Below the pieces are notes generated by a model. The model was not told the DNA's origin, made no database searches, and worked only from the letters and a program-made list of their open reading frames with translations. This document shows, piece by piece, positions 44,948-56,043 of a DNA stretch of 64,000 nt. The position numbers were made by a program, and so were the translations under genes. The stretch comes from a virus (taxonomy: Duplodnaviria; Caudoviricetes), in IMG/VR virus record IMGVR_UViG_3300025382_000004, positions 24,865-88,864 of that record. One strand, 5' to 3'. Positions within the stretch are counted from its first letter, which is position 1. Each line of letters begins with the position of its first letter.

Positions 44948-47169
44948 TGGTTGACTCATCAAATAATAAAACATCATATCTAGTCAATTCACAACTACCC
45001 GAATTCGTTAGGAGAGACCACCCTAAGTTTGTAGAATTTATAGAAGCATATTACAAGTCACTAGAACAAGACGGCGGCATGATGTATACCGCCAAAAGAT
45101 TTCAGGACTTCTATGACATTGACACTCTAAATGCTGATTATTTGGAAGATTTGGAAGAAGGTGGTGGTGAAAACGAAGAATACCACATTCTAAATGAAGA
45201 ATTTTATAAAAACTTCATTAAATTTATTCCATCCAATTCTTTAATAGATCCAATTATAATTCTTAAACATTCTAAAGACTTTTATCGATCAAGAGGAACA
45301 GAGAAGTCTATTAGATTTTTGGCCAGAATACTTTTTAACAAAGATGCCAAGGTTTATTATCCAAGAAATAACATATTAAAGCCTTCTGATGGAACCTGGT
45401 TTGTCCAAAAGTCTATTAATATTCAAAACGTTTTAGTTGATAATGTTGCCAATAGTATAGCGTTTTCTAGGTTTGTTAATACTTCCATTAGAGGTGTAAC
45501 ATCCAATTCTACAGCCACTATAGAAAGCGTCAGTCCCTATTATCAAAATGGTTTTCTTGTAACCGAACTAATAGTTTCTGAAGTTGTTAAAGATTTCTAT
45601 GATGGTGAATCAGTTTATACAACAATTGAGGATCAAGGCGTTTCAAAAAGATTGTCGGCAAACGTTTACTCAGGTGTAATTATTAAGACAACTGTTACAT
45701 CTCCTGGTTCAGGATATGTTGAGGGTTCTTCCGTTCCTATTATACCTATTGATGGTGATGGATATGTAGTCTCAAATGGTACCCTCCAATTTGGTTTTGG
45801 TGGCCAAATTATTATTGATAAAGTTGCTAAAGGTAAACTTGAAGGAAAAATTAAATCAACTAACGTTGTATTTCCAGGAGCAGGATATAAAATTGATGAC
45901 TTGTTGCTTTTTACAGGTGGTGGAGGATCCAATGCATCTGGAAGGGTTTATTCGGTACTAGATGATTTCACATATCATCCAATTTATTATGATATTGTTG
46001 GTTCTACAATTGATCAAGTTGCAGATTTACCCATTATAAATGCTGTTGGTGATATTGTAGAAACACAGGCATATTCTAATTTAGCAACTCAATGGTCTAA
46101 TACATCCAATTTGGATATTAGCACGGAACCTGGTGGAACCATCAATGATATAACATTAAGTCAAAATTTGGCCAATTCAAATGTTTATTTTGAAACTGGT
46201 GACGTTCTTTTTGTGCAGAATACTTACCAAACCATTACAGCAAGTAATAAGTATTATTGGGAATTAACGATTCAACCAGGACTTCCTGGTGGACTTTCAA
46301 ACGTTTCTTTTGTTGTTAATAAAAAACCTAATGTAAATACTTTATTAGCAAACTCTATGATTTATTGGACATATGGGCCTTGCGGGCCAATTATCTCTTG
46401 TGCTATTACTAATCCTGGTAGCGGGTACATTGAACTACCAAATGTTTCGGTTATTTCAAACACCACCATCCGTTCTATGGGTATTCTTGGAAGAATGGAT
46501 ATCATCGATGGTGGTATGAATTACCAGGTAGGTGATCAGATAACATTTGATAATCCATATGGAACATATGGTGTAGGAGCCAACGCACAAGTATCAGTTG
46601 TTGATGCTAACGGAACTATTACACAAGTTAATTTCTTTGCTGAGCCTGGAAAAATACCAGGTGGTTATGGATATCGTGCAGATTTATTACCAACCGCCAA
46701 TATTCAAACTTTAACAGGAAATGGTGCTAATATAGTCGTTTCTGCAACCATAGGTGATGATGCTATTGTTACTGCCAAATCAAACGTCATCGGTTCCATT
46801 GAAACCTTAAAAATAGTTTCTGGTGGATTAGGATATAAAAACCCACCAATCATAGACTTATCAACTCAAGGTGATGGTACGGCCCAGGCATATGCTAATA
46901 TTATTACAGGTATTTACAGTTATCCTGGTCGTTATATAGATCAAGCAGGACAACCAAGTTCGCCATATGTAATTCAAGATAGAGATTTTTATCAAAACTA
47001 TTCTTATGTGATAAGAATTGATGAATCTTTAAACAAGTATAGAAAAGCACTTAGCGATCTTATACACCCTGCTGGCCTTAAAGTATATGGTGAATACTTG
47101 TTTGAAGATAATAATCAGACGTTATTAAATCCTGTGCAAGTCGTAAATACAAAAATTACAATTACATAA
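44947..47169 (+). CDS. 7: baseplate wedge initiator (gp7-like)
   Basis: QLPEFV..D...F..F..AYY; Y.S.GT..S; YQ.YSYV...HPAG. Confidence 0.88.
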   Translation: MVDSSNNKTSYLVNSQLPEFVRRDHPKFVEFIEAYYKSLEQDGGMMYTAKRFQDFYDIDTLNADYLEDLEEGGGENEEYHILNEEFYKNFIKFIPSNSLIDPIIILKHSKDFYRSRGTEKSIRFLARILFNKDAKVYYPRNNILKPSDGTWFVQKSINIQNVLVDNVANSIAFSRFVNTSIRGVTSNSTATIESVSPYYQNGFLVTELIVSEVVKDFYDGESVYTTIEDQGVSKRLSANVYSGVIIKTTVTSPGSGYVEGSSVPIIPIDGDGYVVSNGTLQFGFGGQIIIDKVAKGKLEGKIKSTNVVFPGAGYKIDDLLLFTGGGGSNASGRVYSVLDDFTYHPIYYDIVGSTIDQVADLPIINAVGDIVETQAYSNLATQWSNTSNLDISTEPGGTINDITLSQNLANSNVYFETGDVLFVQNTYQTITASNKYYWELTIQPGLPGGLSNVSFVVNKKPNVNTLLANSMIYWTYGPCGPIISCAITNPGSGYIELPNVSVISNTTIRSMGILGRMDIIDGGMNYQVGDQITFDNPYGTYGVGANAQVSVVDANGTITQVNFFAEPGKIPGGYGYRADLLPTANIQTLTGNGANIVVSATIGDDAIVTAKSNVIGSIETLKIVSGGLGYKNPPIIDLSTQGDGTAQAYANIITGIYSYPGRYIDQAGQPSSPYVIQDRDFYQNYSYVIRIDESLNKYRKALSDLIHPAGLKVYGEYLFEDNNQTLLNPVQVVNTKITIT

Positions 47170-47177
47170 ATTTGGCA

Positions 47178-47185
47178 TATAAATA
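47178..47185 (+). promoter_or_regulatory. late promoter TATAAATA
   Basis: Intergenic, upstream of gene 8. Confidence 0.75.
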
Positions 47186-47208
47186 GAAGGTACTCAAAGA
47201 GAGAGATC

Positions 47209-48531
47209 ATGGCATCGACATATTCAAAAGACCTTGAGGTTCATTCATCCGACCAGTTTATCAAATCTTTCAACAGCTCAAATGTCTATTTAACATTTGG
47301 ATATCAGAGTCCATGGACAAATGAACTTAGTCCAGATCAAGCCAACACTTCTGTAGAGTCTTACTATGAAACATGGAAATATATGATTGGTGGTAAACTG
47401 ATTACCGGCAATGATTTACGTCATGTCATACCTAGAATAAATTGGACTTCCAACACAACATATATTGCTTATGATCACACACAAGATTCATTAACAAAAG
47501 GTGCCAATACAGCATATTATGTGGTTACAGATGCTTTTAATGTTTATAAATGCATTGCTAATAATTATGGGTATCCATCCACATCTAAACCAACCTCAAC
47601 AAATCCTACTATTATATTTCAAACTGCCGATAAGTATTATTGGAAATATATGTATACCTTGAGTGTCGATGAACAACAAAAATTTACAACTGATAGTTTT
47701 ATACCTGTTAAAACATTGAAATCTGACGATAACTCTTTGCAATGGCAAGTTCAACAAGACGCGGTTCCTGGTGCTATTAATAGTATTTTGCTCACCAATT
47801 TTGGATCAGGATACTTATATCAAAACGTTATTTCTGTCTCCATAACAGGCGACGGCCGTTTTGCTAATGCTTATGCGGTAGTTAATACACAAACCGATAC
47901 AGTTCAAAGTATTGTTGTTGATAACTTTGGTGCTGGATATACCTATGCCAACGTTATTATCAGTTCAACCGTAGGCAGATATGCCAATGCCAGAGCAATT
48001 ATTAGTCCTCCTGGAGGTCATGGGTCCGATGCATTATATGAATTGGGTGGTTCATATGTTATGATCAATGCATCTTTGAATGGTGATGAAGATGGTATTA
48101 TCTCAATACAAAGTAATTATAGACAAGTTTCATTATTAAAAGATCCTTTAGTATATGGAACATCAAATGCTATGATCAATCTAGCATTTTCACAAGTAAC
48201 AAATATCACATTAAGTGAATCCAGTTCAACAACCAATTATTTATTGGATGAAATTGTTTATCAAGGATCGAGCTTATCAAATGCATCATTTACGGCATTG
48301 GTTGTAGGATGGGATTCGGCCAATTCTGTTTTAAAATTGAATAATGTTCAAGGAACACCTGTATCTCAGCCTATCATAGGATACACAAGTTCAGCAACTA
48401 GATACATAAGTTCCGTTAAAGATCCTGATTTAAAGTTTTATTCCGGACATATCCTATATAAGGACAACATTACTGCTATCGAAAGAGCAGTTGATCAAAA
48501 CGAAAATTTTAAAATAGTTCTAAGTTTCTAA
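47209..48531 (+). CDS. 8: baseplate wedge subunit (gp8-like)
   Basis: W..M...K.I...D...VIPR.NW; YVVT..FNVYKC; WKYMYT; IISPPGGHG.D. Confidence 0.9.
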   Translation: MASTYSKDLEVHSSDQFIKSFNSSNVYLTFGYQSPWTNELSPDQANTSVESYYETWKYMIGGKLITGNDLRHVIPRINWTSNTTYIAYDHTQDSLTKGANTAYYVVTDAFNVYKCIANNYGYPSTSKPTSTNPTIIFQTADKYYWKYMYTLSVDEQQKFTTDSFIPVKTLKSDDNSLQWQVQQDAVPGAINSILLTNFGSGYLYQNVISVSITGDGRFANAYAVVNTQTDTVQSIVVDNFGAGYTYANVIISSTVGRYANARAIISPPGGHGSDALYELGGSYVMINASLNGDEDGIISIQSNYRQVSLLKDPLVYGTSNAMINLAFSQVTNITLSESSSTTNYLLDEIVYQGSSLSNASFTALVVGWDSANSVLKLNNVQGTPVSQPIIGYTSSATRYISSVKDPDLKFYSGHILYKDNITAIERAVDQNENFKIVLSF

Positions 48532-48547
48532 GAGGAAAGAATATAAA

Positions 48548-51500
48548 ATGGATGCCAACACTTCCAATAGCACATCATTAACCACAAATTTTAATGTCAC
48601 ACCATATTATGACGATTATGATCCTTCAGCAGGTTATTATCGAATCCTCTTTAAACCAGGTTATTCTGTTCAGGCACGCGAACTTACCCAGATGCAGACT
48701 GCTTTACAAGAGCAGATTGCTCGTTTTGGTAAAAATATTTTTAAAGATGGTACAATTGTTTTACCAGGTCAATTTACTCTCGAAACGAACGAAGGACGTC
48801 CAGCAGGCCGCGGAATTTCGTATGTTAAAGTCAATGATCTTGATGCATCTAACAATACTGTTATTATGGATCAATGGAACACATATATCAACCAAGGTAA
48901 ATCAAATGGTAACACCCGTCTAGAGGTTGTTGGATCAACATCAAATATTTATGCTAAAGTTATTCAAGTTCTAGACGGTGTTCAATCATCCCAGAACACT
49001 AAAACCCTTTATGTTGCTTATACCTCAGGATCTAGTGCCAACGTATCATTAAAATCATTTCAGGCCGGCGAGACATTAACTGCTAATGTTAACGGAACAA
49101 TCAGAACTCTTGTAGTTGCTAATACAGCAAATGCAACTGGTAAAGGTTCTCGATTCAGCATTTCATCTGGTGTTCTTTTTGCTAAAAACCATTTCGTGGC
49201 ATTCCCAGATCAGGCAGTTATTATTGATCGTTATAATGCAAACCCAACAGCAAGAGTTGGTTTCTATATCACAGAAGATATTGTAACGGCATCACAGGAT
49301 TCTACACTATTGGATCCTGCACAAGAAGCATCAAACTATTCTGCTCCAGGTGCAGACCGTTTGGCATTGAATCCAACACTTGATGTTGTTCCAATTGATG
49401 CAACACCTAGTGTTCAAGATTTCGTATCACTATTTACAATTGAAAACGGTATTGTTAAATCATATAATGCTAACACGCAATATTCATATATTAATGATGC
49501 TATGGCCCGACGCACATTTGACAACTCCGGTGATTATGTCGTTAATGGATTAGATGTCCAACTTAAAGAACATGATGATACCGGTTCAAACTATGGACGC
49601 TATCCAAACGGAAATAATAAACTACTTTATGTAGGTGTATCACCGGGTTCTGCATACGTATCTGGTTATCAAGTTGGCATGCCGTCAACTATGGACCTTG
49701 CTACTGAAAAAGGTCTAACAACAGCAAACGTTACATCTCAATTGACAGCAATTAATATGGGTCAATATGTTACTGTTAATGAATTTGTTGGTGGTTGGCA
49801 ACTTAATAAAGGTAATACAATAGGCCTTTATGATACTGCACAAAAAAGAATAACCGGAAAAGGTTGGTCTACTGCGGCCCAAACCGGCACTCTAATTGGT
49901 AATGCTATTATTCTATCAGTTCAATATATTTCTGGTACACCAGGTTATGATGCCAAGTATAATGTTTATCTTGCTGATATTAAGATGACAGGTTCATATA
50001 CATTTGGTCAGGTAAAAAGCCTCTATGCGGCCGCAGTTGGTGGATATAATTCCGCAATAGGTGCTGATAGCGTTTTAGACCTCAATGGTAATGCAGTTCT
50101 ACAGAATGTTCCACAATCAACATTATTGTATTTTACAGGTTCTAATTATACTAGCACAGTTCGTGACTCAAATGACATACTTTCTTCACACACCACATTT
50201 GAATTCAACGATACTCAAGGTATTTCATCCGCAGTTCAGGTTTCAACAAATGGTGTATTCACATTAAGTATTTCTCCTGGTATTGAACAGTTTCCTTATG
50301 GTACAACAACTCTTCAGGGAATTTCCACAAACGGAATTTATGTAACATTTAATAAAACTTCTGGCGGCGCAACAAGCATGGCTGTTGGACTAGGTGGTGT
50401 TACATCAACATCATCATCAAACGTTATCCTTAATGGTACAGGTACACACTTTACTAGCCTAAATGTTGGTGACAAAATCAAGTTATCCGGTAATACATTT
50501 GTTTATCAGGTAAAATCAATTGTAAGTGATACACAACTTGTAGTTGATCAGGATTTACCATCATCAAACAATGGTAATACTCTCACCAAGATTTACGAAG
50601 CAGGTGACCAAATTAATTTATTTGGTATTGGTGCAGCAGCCGGATCACAAAGAACAATTGCAACAACATCAACATCATTACAGTTCAATCTACAAGAAAC
50701 ATTCCCAAGCATCTTCTATGCTACCGTAACATATCCAGTGGCAAGAACAACTGCACTTGAAATAAAAAAGACACTTAATGCTGGTCGTTATGTTATGATT
50801 GATTGTTCAACAGCAGGTATCAATGGTCCTTATGACCTTGGTTTCTCTGATGTTTACAAAATTAAGTCTATTAGAAAAGGTACAGGTTCATATCCTTCAT
50901 CTAATACTGCCGGTTTAGACGTAACAACATCATTTGTATTTGATAATGGTCAGAGAGATACACATTATGACCATGCTACAATTAAACCAAAAGTTCTGTT
51001 GGCTTCAACAGATATGTTACTTGTTGAGTTGGATTATTTCTATCCTGACTTTACTAACCGTGGTGGTTTCTTCTCTATTGACTCCTATCCAATTCAGGAT
51101 GATGATACTCTGTTTAATCCTGCAAACAACATTAGAACTGAAAACATTCCTGTATTCAAATCATCAATTACAGGTCAATCATATGATTTGAGAAACCAGT
51201 TGGATTTCCGTGTTGTTAAAGATAGAACCGCAACTGACACAACAACACCAGGTTCGGCATCTGTTAATCCATCACCAACATCAACTTTGATTTATCCAGC
51301 AGCAGGTATGAAATTTCCTGTACCTTCTTCAGTAGTTGAATATGATTACTATTATTATCTTGGAAGGATTGACATTGTTGTAGTAGATAAAGATAACAGA
51401 TTTCAGGTTATTAAAGGACAACCTACAACTAATCCACAGAGTCCAGTTGTTCCTCCTGGAGTTATGGCTCTTTCACAATTGACTATTTCTCCATACCCAT

Positions 51501-54500
51501 CATTGTCACCTGCATATGCTACAAAACTTAATAGATCAGAACTTGCTTCTACTCCAAAGTCTTTAGCAGTATATCGCTATACAATGAGGGATATTGGTTC
51601 TCTCAAGCAACGTATTGTTAATCTAGAATACTATACATCTTTGTCTCTATTGGAAAAAGCGGCCACTGGCACTGTAATTCAGAATGATGCTGGATTAGAT
51701 CGTTATAAAAACGGTATCTTTACCGATTCTTTCCGCGATAACTCAAATGCGGCTGATTATGATCCAGAATTTAGAATTGTATTTGATACAACAGAAAAGA
51801 CAATTCGTCCAGTTTATAAAATGGAATCTATTGTCTATAACTATCTAAGTGGTACAAACGTTAAATATAATAACCCAGTTATCACGGTTGCTTATACTGA
51901 AGTTCTTCATCATGCGCAACAATATGTTACTATGGACATAAATGTGGAGCGCCAATCTTGGTTGTTTCTTGGTACAGTTAATTTGTTCCCATCCCAAGAT
52001 ATTTGGGTGGATACAACCATTCTACCTGATGAACAATTAACTAAACAATCAATTTATATTGTAACCTACGGTTCTCAAGGCACTGCCAATGAAGCAAAAG
52101 TTGCTTATGGCACAACAGCACACTATGATTTAAACAGCGGTAATACCAATTATGGCATCTATCAAGCAAATGGTTATTTTAATCAAAATACTACAGGTGG
52201 TGTTGTTGACGTTCTCAATACCACAAACTGGAATGCCTGGAATACACATGTTGTAGGATATAAAGTTTATACAGGTAGTGTTGGATCAGATGGTAATCCA
52301 TATTCTACAACATTTTCAACATACGATGCTGCCAGAAACTATGCCAACTCAATTAATCCTGTAGGCGGCGCCGGTGTTACAATTGAAACAGTCTACAACA
52401 CTGTAAGAACAGGTACTCAATATTGGGAAGCTGACAGCACTGACACGGTTCAAACCGATTACAAAGTTATTGATGTTCAGAATTATGCATACATCCGTCC
52501 TCAAACTATTGCAGTTCAATGCACCGGTATGAAACCTTTTACACGAATGTGGCCATACTTTGATAGTGTTGCGATGGCAAATAGCGCGAGGCCTTTGACC
52601 GCCAACCAGTTCTCATGGATTATTAACAACGGTCAATATGGACTTGCTGCAAATACTCTTAATAATATATCATTAGGAACTTCAACAAATCCTGCGGCAG
52701 GTATCGTTGCACTACCATCTACACTTGGTCCTTGGGCCAACTATGGTGATAGTTTGATTACTGATGCTAATGGTATTGTTACTTTCCAAATGCAAATCAC
52801 AACCGGACAATTTAGAGTTGGACAGCGCCAATGTTTAGTTATTGATAGCAGAAACTATATTGATCTAAGCAGTGCTACTAGTACCGCTGATATTCCTGTT
52901 GATGTTTCAACCGGTGGTGCCGCAGTATTTACGGCATCTGGTCAAGCAGTAACCAAACAGCGTTCTATTCTATCCACAAAAACAGTTTCTTATCATGCAG
53001 AAGCAGTTTCCCAGAATTATAACTCTGCTGGATTTGAGTATATAGCGGCGCCCCCTCCACCTGCGCCAGCTTCACACTCTTGTACCGCATACTCATTCTT
53101 GGCATCTGCACCAAATGGTGAAGAAGGTATCTTCCTCACCTCAGTTGATCTATTTGTATCACGTATCGGCCGTGAAGGTTTTTGGTGTGAAATTCGTGAA
53201 ATGGATTCTGGACAGCAGATTACACGTAATACAGTTCCATATTCTGAAGTGTTCTTTAATAATCCTGCTAGTGTTCCAATTTCAACAAACGGCAGAGATA
53301 ATCCATGTAATGTTAAGTTTGATATTCCAATCTTCTTGTATAACAATACACAATATGCGTTTGTTATTCATCCAATCAATGCTAATCCAGACCTTTATGT
53401 TTGGTGTTCTAGACTCGGTGAATTGGATATTAACGGACTTGGTACACTAAATGATCGTCGTGGTACTGGCACATTCTATCAAACAAACAATAATACAAAC
53501 TGGGATATCATCGAAGGCCTAGACTTAACCTGTAATTTCTATCGTGCAGAGTTTAACAAAAACCAAGCATCTGCTACAATTGGTAATAGACCAATTGAAA
53601 AACTTTTTGTTAGAAATGTTGGAATTGATTTCTCTAATAATCGTGGTGATATATTCATCTCTGGTGACCATATTTCATTACCAGCATTGAATAGTGGTGC
53701 TTCTGTTGCCGTGACTGACTTTGTTGTTGGTGATCGTTCATTTGTTAATAGTGCCGCAGTAAACGTTTCTACTGGTATCGCAGGAGTCATTGCTGCCGGT
53801 AATACGGGTTATTATGTTGGCGAAGTTATACGTATTTACTCATCCAATGGTACGTTTAAAGGCCAAGCAACAAACAGTGGTATTACAAATGGCCAAGGAA
53901 CACTTGATTACTATATCAACGGCAGTGATACTTCACTTGTCCAACTTACTGGTTCAGGTGGTGGATTCGTTGTTGGTGATGCTATTATCTGCTCAACTGA
54001 TTGGAGCCAGTATGGTTATTTGTATAACATCTATGCAATCTCAAACTGGAGATATTCCGCATTCCATTTTGAACCATCTGCATTGAACTTCCAATTGACA
54101 GATATGACTTATGAAATGACTTCTGTTGGTACAACTGGTTCTAATCAATTAGTCACAAAGATTGATCCATCAACTACACAATATTTTAATACAGAAAGAG
54201 CAGTTCTTTCTAGAACAAATGAAATTAACCAACTTGCTGGTGCTAACTCACAGATTATTTCAGTCAATATGAAAACTTCATCAAATGCAGTTTCACCATT
54301 GCTTGATCTAACAAAAACACAAACAATCATACTTGATAACATTATCAACAATGACACAACGGATGAAACATTACCAACTCATGGTGCTTTGATCAATAAG
54401 TATATTTCAAAGACAGTAACCCTTGCTGAAGGCCAGGATGCTGAAGATATGCAAGTTATTCTATCGGCATATCGCCCACCAGGAACTGATGTTAAAGTTT

Positions 54501-55060
54501 GGATTAAAATTCTAAACGCTCAGGATGGTACATCATTCGCACAGCAACATTGGGTTGAATTGTATAAGGATGGTAATGGTGATCAAACCTACTCATCACT
54601 TGATGATAGAAGTAACTTTAAGGAATATACATATCTTGTTCCTACAAGTTCTGTTGATAGAATAACAATCGCAAACACATTAGGATTCTCAACTGGTATC
54701 AACGTTGGATTCACACTAAACGGTCTAACATCAGGGTTCTCCGCAATGGTAGAGAGAATTGAGGGTGGTACAATCTACGTTATGTCTGATACAGGATTTG
54801 ATGCTGGCGAAACTGCCAATGTTGTAGATACAACTGGTGTCGTAGTAGGCAATACTCAAGTCCTATACACCGGGCGTACCGTGGCACTCAATGGTGATTA
54901 TGCTGGTGCTGCTAATGTTATCACCTACACGACTGATGCTGGTGTAACCTATAGCACATACAAATATTTCTCCATCAAGGTAGGTCTCCTAAATGATGGT
55001 GTAAACTCTGCCGTTGTTCCAAGAGTAGGTGATCTAAGAGCAATTGCTTTGCAAAAATAA
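48548..55060 (+). CDS. very large virion structural protein (VrlC/DUF4815-like)
   Basis: NFNV.PYYDDYD...YRILFKPG..VQARELTQ.Q; APGADR; YTMRDIG.L..RI.NLEYYTSLSLLE. Confidence 0.82.
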   Translation: MDANTSNSTSLTTNFNVTPYYDDYDPSAGYYRILFKPGYSVQARELTQMQTALQEQIARFGKNIFKDGTIVLPGQFTLETNEGRPAGRGISYVKVNDLDASNNTVIMDQWNTYINQGKSNGNTRLEVVGSTSNIYAKVIQVLDGVQSSQNTKTLYVAYTSGSSANVSLKSFQAGETLTANVNGTIRTLVVANTANATGKGSRFSISSGVLFAKNHFVAFPDQAVIIDRYNANPTARVGFYITEDIVTASQDSTLLDPAQEASNYSAPGADRLALNPTLDVVPIDATPSVQDFVSLFTIENGIVKSYNANTQYSYINDAMARRTFDNSGDYVVNGLDVQLKEHDDTGSNYGRYPNGNNKLLYVGVSPGSAYVSGYQVGMPSTMDLATEKGLTTANVTSQLTAINMGQYVTVNEFVGGWQLNKGNTIGLYDTAQKRITGKGWSTAAQTGTLIGNAIILSVQYISGTPGYDAKYNVYLADIKMTGSYTFGQVKSLYAAAVGGYNSAIGADSVLDLNGNAVLQNVPQSTLLYFTGSNYTSTVRDSNDILSSHTTFEFNDTQGISSAVQVSTNGVFTLSISPGIEQFPYGTTTLQGISTNGIYVTFNKTSGGATSMAVGLGGVTSTSSSNVILNGTGTHFTSLNVGDKIKLSGNTFVYQVKSIVSDTQLVVDQDLPSSNNGNTLTKIYEAGDQINLFGIGAAAGSQRTIATTSTSLQFNLQETFPSIFYATVTYPVARTTALEIKKTLNAGRYVMIDCSTAGINGPYDLGFSDVYKIKSIRKGTGSYPSSNTAGLDVTTSFVFDNGQRDTHYDHATIKPKVLLASTDMLLVELDYFYPDFTNRGGFFSIDSYPIQDDDTLFNPANNIRTENIPVFKSSITGQSYDLRNQLDFRVVKDRTATDTTTPGSASVNPSPTSTLIYPAAGMKFPVPSSVVEYDYYYYLGRIDIVVVDKDNRFQVIKGQPTTNPQSPVVPPGVMALSQLTISPYPSLSPAYATKLNRSELASTPKSLAVYRYTMRDIGSLKQRIVNLEYYTSLSLLEKAATGTVIQNDAGLDRYKNGIFTDSFRDNSNAADYDPEFRIVFDTTEKTIRPVYKMESIVYNYLSGTNVKYNNPVITVAYTEVLHHAQQYVTMDINVERQSWLFLGTVNLFPSQDIWVDTTILPDEQLTKQSIYIVTYGSQGTANEAKVAYGTTAHYDLNSGNTNYGIYQANGYFNQNTTGGVVDVLNTTNWNAWNTHVVGYKVYTGSVGSDGNPYSTTFSTYDAARNYANSINPVGGAGVTIETVYNTVRTGTQYWEADSTDTVQTDYKVIDVQNYAYIRPQTIAVQCTGMKPFTRMWPYFDSVAMANSARPLTANQFSWIINNGQYGLAANTLNNISLGTSTNPAAGIVALPSTLGPWANYGDSLITDANGIVTFQMQITTGQFRVGQRQCLVIDSRNYIDLSSATSTADIPVDVSTGGAAVFTASGQAVTKQRSILSTKTVSYHAEAVSQNYNSAGFEYIAAPPPPAPASHSCTAYSFLASAPNGEEGIFLTSVDLFVSRIGREGFWCEIREMDSGQQITRNTVPYSEVFFNNPASVPISTNGRDNPCNVKFDIPIFLYNNTQYAFVIHPINANPDLYVWCSRLGELDINGLGTLNDRRGTGTFYQTNNNTNWDIIEGLDLTCNFYRAEFNKNQASATIGNRPIEKLFVRNVGIDFSNNRGDIFISGDHISLPALNSGASVAVTDFVVGDRSFVNSAAVNVSTGIAGVIAAGNTGYYVGEVIRIYSSNGTFKGQATNSGITNGQGTLDYYINGSDTSLVQLTGSGGGFVVGDAIICSTDWSQYGYLYNIYAISNWRYSAFHFEPSALNFQLTDMTYEMTSVGTTGSNQLVTKIDPSTTQYFNTERAVLSRTNEINQLAGANSQIISVNMKTSSNAVSPLLDLTKTQTIILDNIINNDTTDETLPTHGALINKYISKTVTLAEGQDAEDMQVILSAYRPPGTDVKVWIKILNAQDGTSFAQQHWVELYKDGNGDQTYSSLDDRSNFKEYTYLVPTSSVDRITIANTLGFSTGINVGFTLNGLTSGFSAMVERIEGGTIYVMSDTGFDAGETANVVDTTGVVVGNTQVLYTGRTVALNGDYAGAANVITYTTDAGVTYSTYKYFSIKVGLLNDGVNSAVVPRVGDLRAIALQK

Positions 55061-55069
55061 GAGGTTATA

Positions 55070-55846
55070 ATGGAATTTACTTTTGATATGAGTGAAATGA
55101 TGACCCACATCATAAATGTGGATTTTAAAGATGGTCGTGGTAAAGTTCCTGCTCACCAACATGTAAATGGTGGAGGATGGGTAGCAGAAACGGCACATGT
55201 TGATTCAGAATGTTATGTTGGACCTCATGCAGTGGTTTTTGGTAATGCAAGAGTTACTGAAAAGGCCGTCATAAACGATTTTGCAAAAGTATATGGTAGT
55301 GCTAGAGTTTATGGATCCGCAAGAGTTTATGGTGATGCTGAAGTATATGATACGGCACAGATATATGATAATGCCAGGGTATGTGGACATGCAAAAGTCT
55401 ATGAAAATGCAAGAGTTGTAAATAATGCCTTGGTATATGATAATGCGGAAGTTTACGGTAATGCTATGGTTAGAAACAATGCAGAGGTTCTAAATCACGG
55501 AAAAATATTTGGTAATGCTGACATATATGACTCCATAAAGATTTATGATAATTGTGTGGTATCAAGAAAACCTATTGTTTGTTTTGGATTTGACTCAAAC
55601 GTATTGATTGCTGATCATCATGTGGCATTAGGTTGTGTTGTCTTTCCTCCATATTTTGTGGCCAAGACAGGTAAAAGAATGATGAGACTTATGGGTTATA
55701 GTCCAGATATCTCAGAAAAGTGGATTCAGGCCTTACAATTTGTTATTGAGTTTCATGGTTGTACCGATAGACCGGAAGACCTAGAACATTTTGATGAACG
55801 AAAGGCCATTATGGATCTACTAACTGCCAAAGTAGGTATTAGATGA
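55070..55846 (+). CDS. hexapeptide-repeat left-handed beta-helix protein
   Basis: About 15 tandem [VI]Y[GD]xA[RK] hexapeptides. Confidence 0.85.
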   Translation: MEFTFDMSEMMTHIINVDFKDGRGKVPAHQHVNGGGWVAETAHVDSECYVGPHAVVFGNARVTEKAVINDFAKVYGSARVYGSARVYGDAEVYDTAQIYDNARVCGHAKVYENARVVNNALVYDNAEVYGNAMVRNNAEVLNHGKIFGNADIYDSIKIYDNCVVSRKPIVCFGFDSNVLIADHHVALGCVVFPPYFVAKTGKRMMRLMGYSPDISEKWIQALQFVIEFHGCTDRPEDLEHFDERKAIMDLLTAKVGIR

Positions 55847-56043
55847 CGGACGCAAAAACAGATTTACCTGGTGTTTATAGAACCCCTGAGGGATTTCTTA
55901 TAAATAAGGATAATAAATCTCTAGAAGCATATAAGGCTAGAAGACAAAGAGAAAAAGAACTCGATACATTAAAAGATGATGTATCATCACTTAAAAATGA
56001 TTTACAAGAAATAAAAGATTTGTTAAAAGGACTGGTAAAGTAA
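55843..56043 (+). CDS. small coiled-coil protein
   Basis: LK.DVSSLK.DL.EIK.LL. Confidence 0.7.
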   Translation: MTDAKTDLPGVYRTPEGFLINKDNKSLEAYKARRQREKELDTLKDDVSSLKNDLQEIKDLLKGLVK

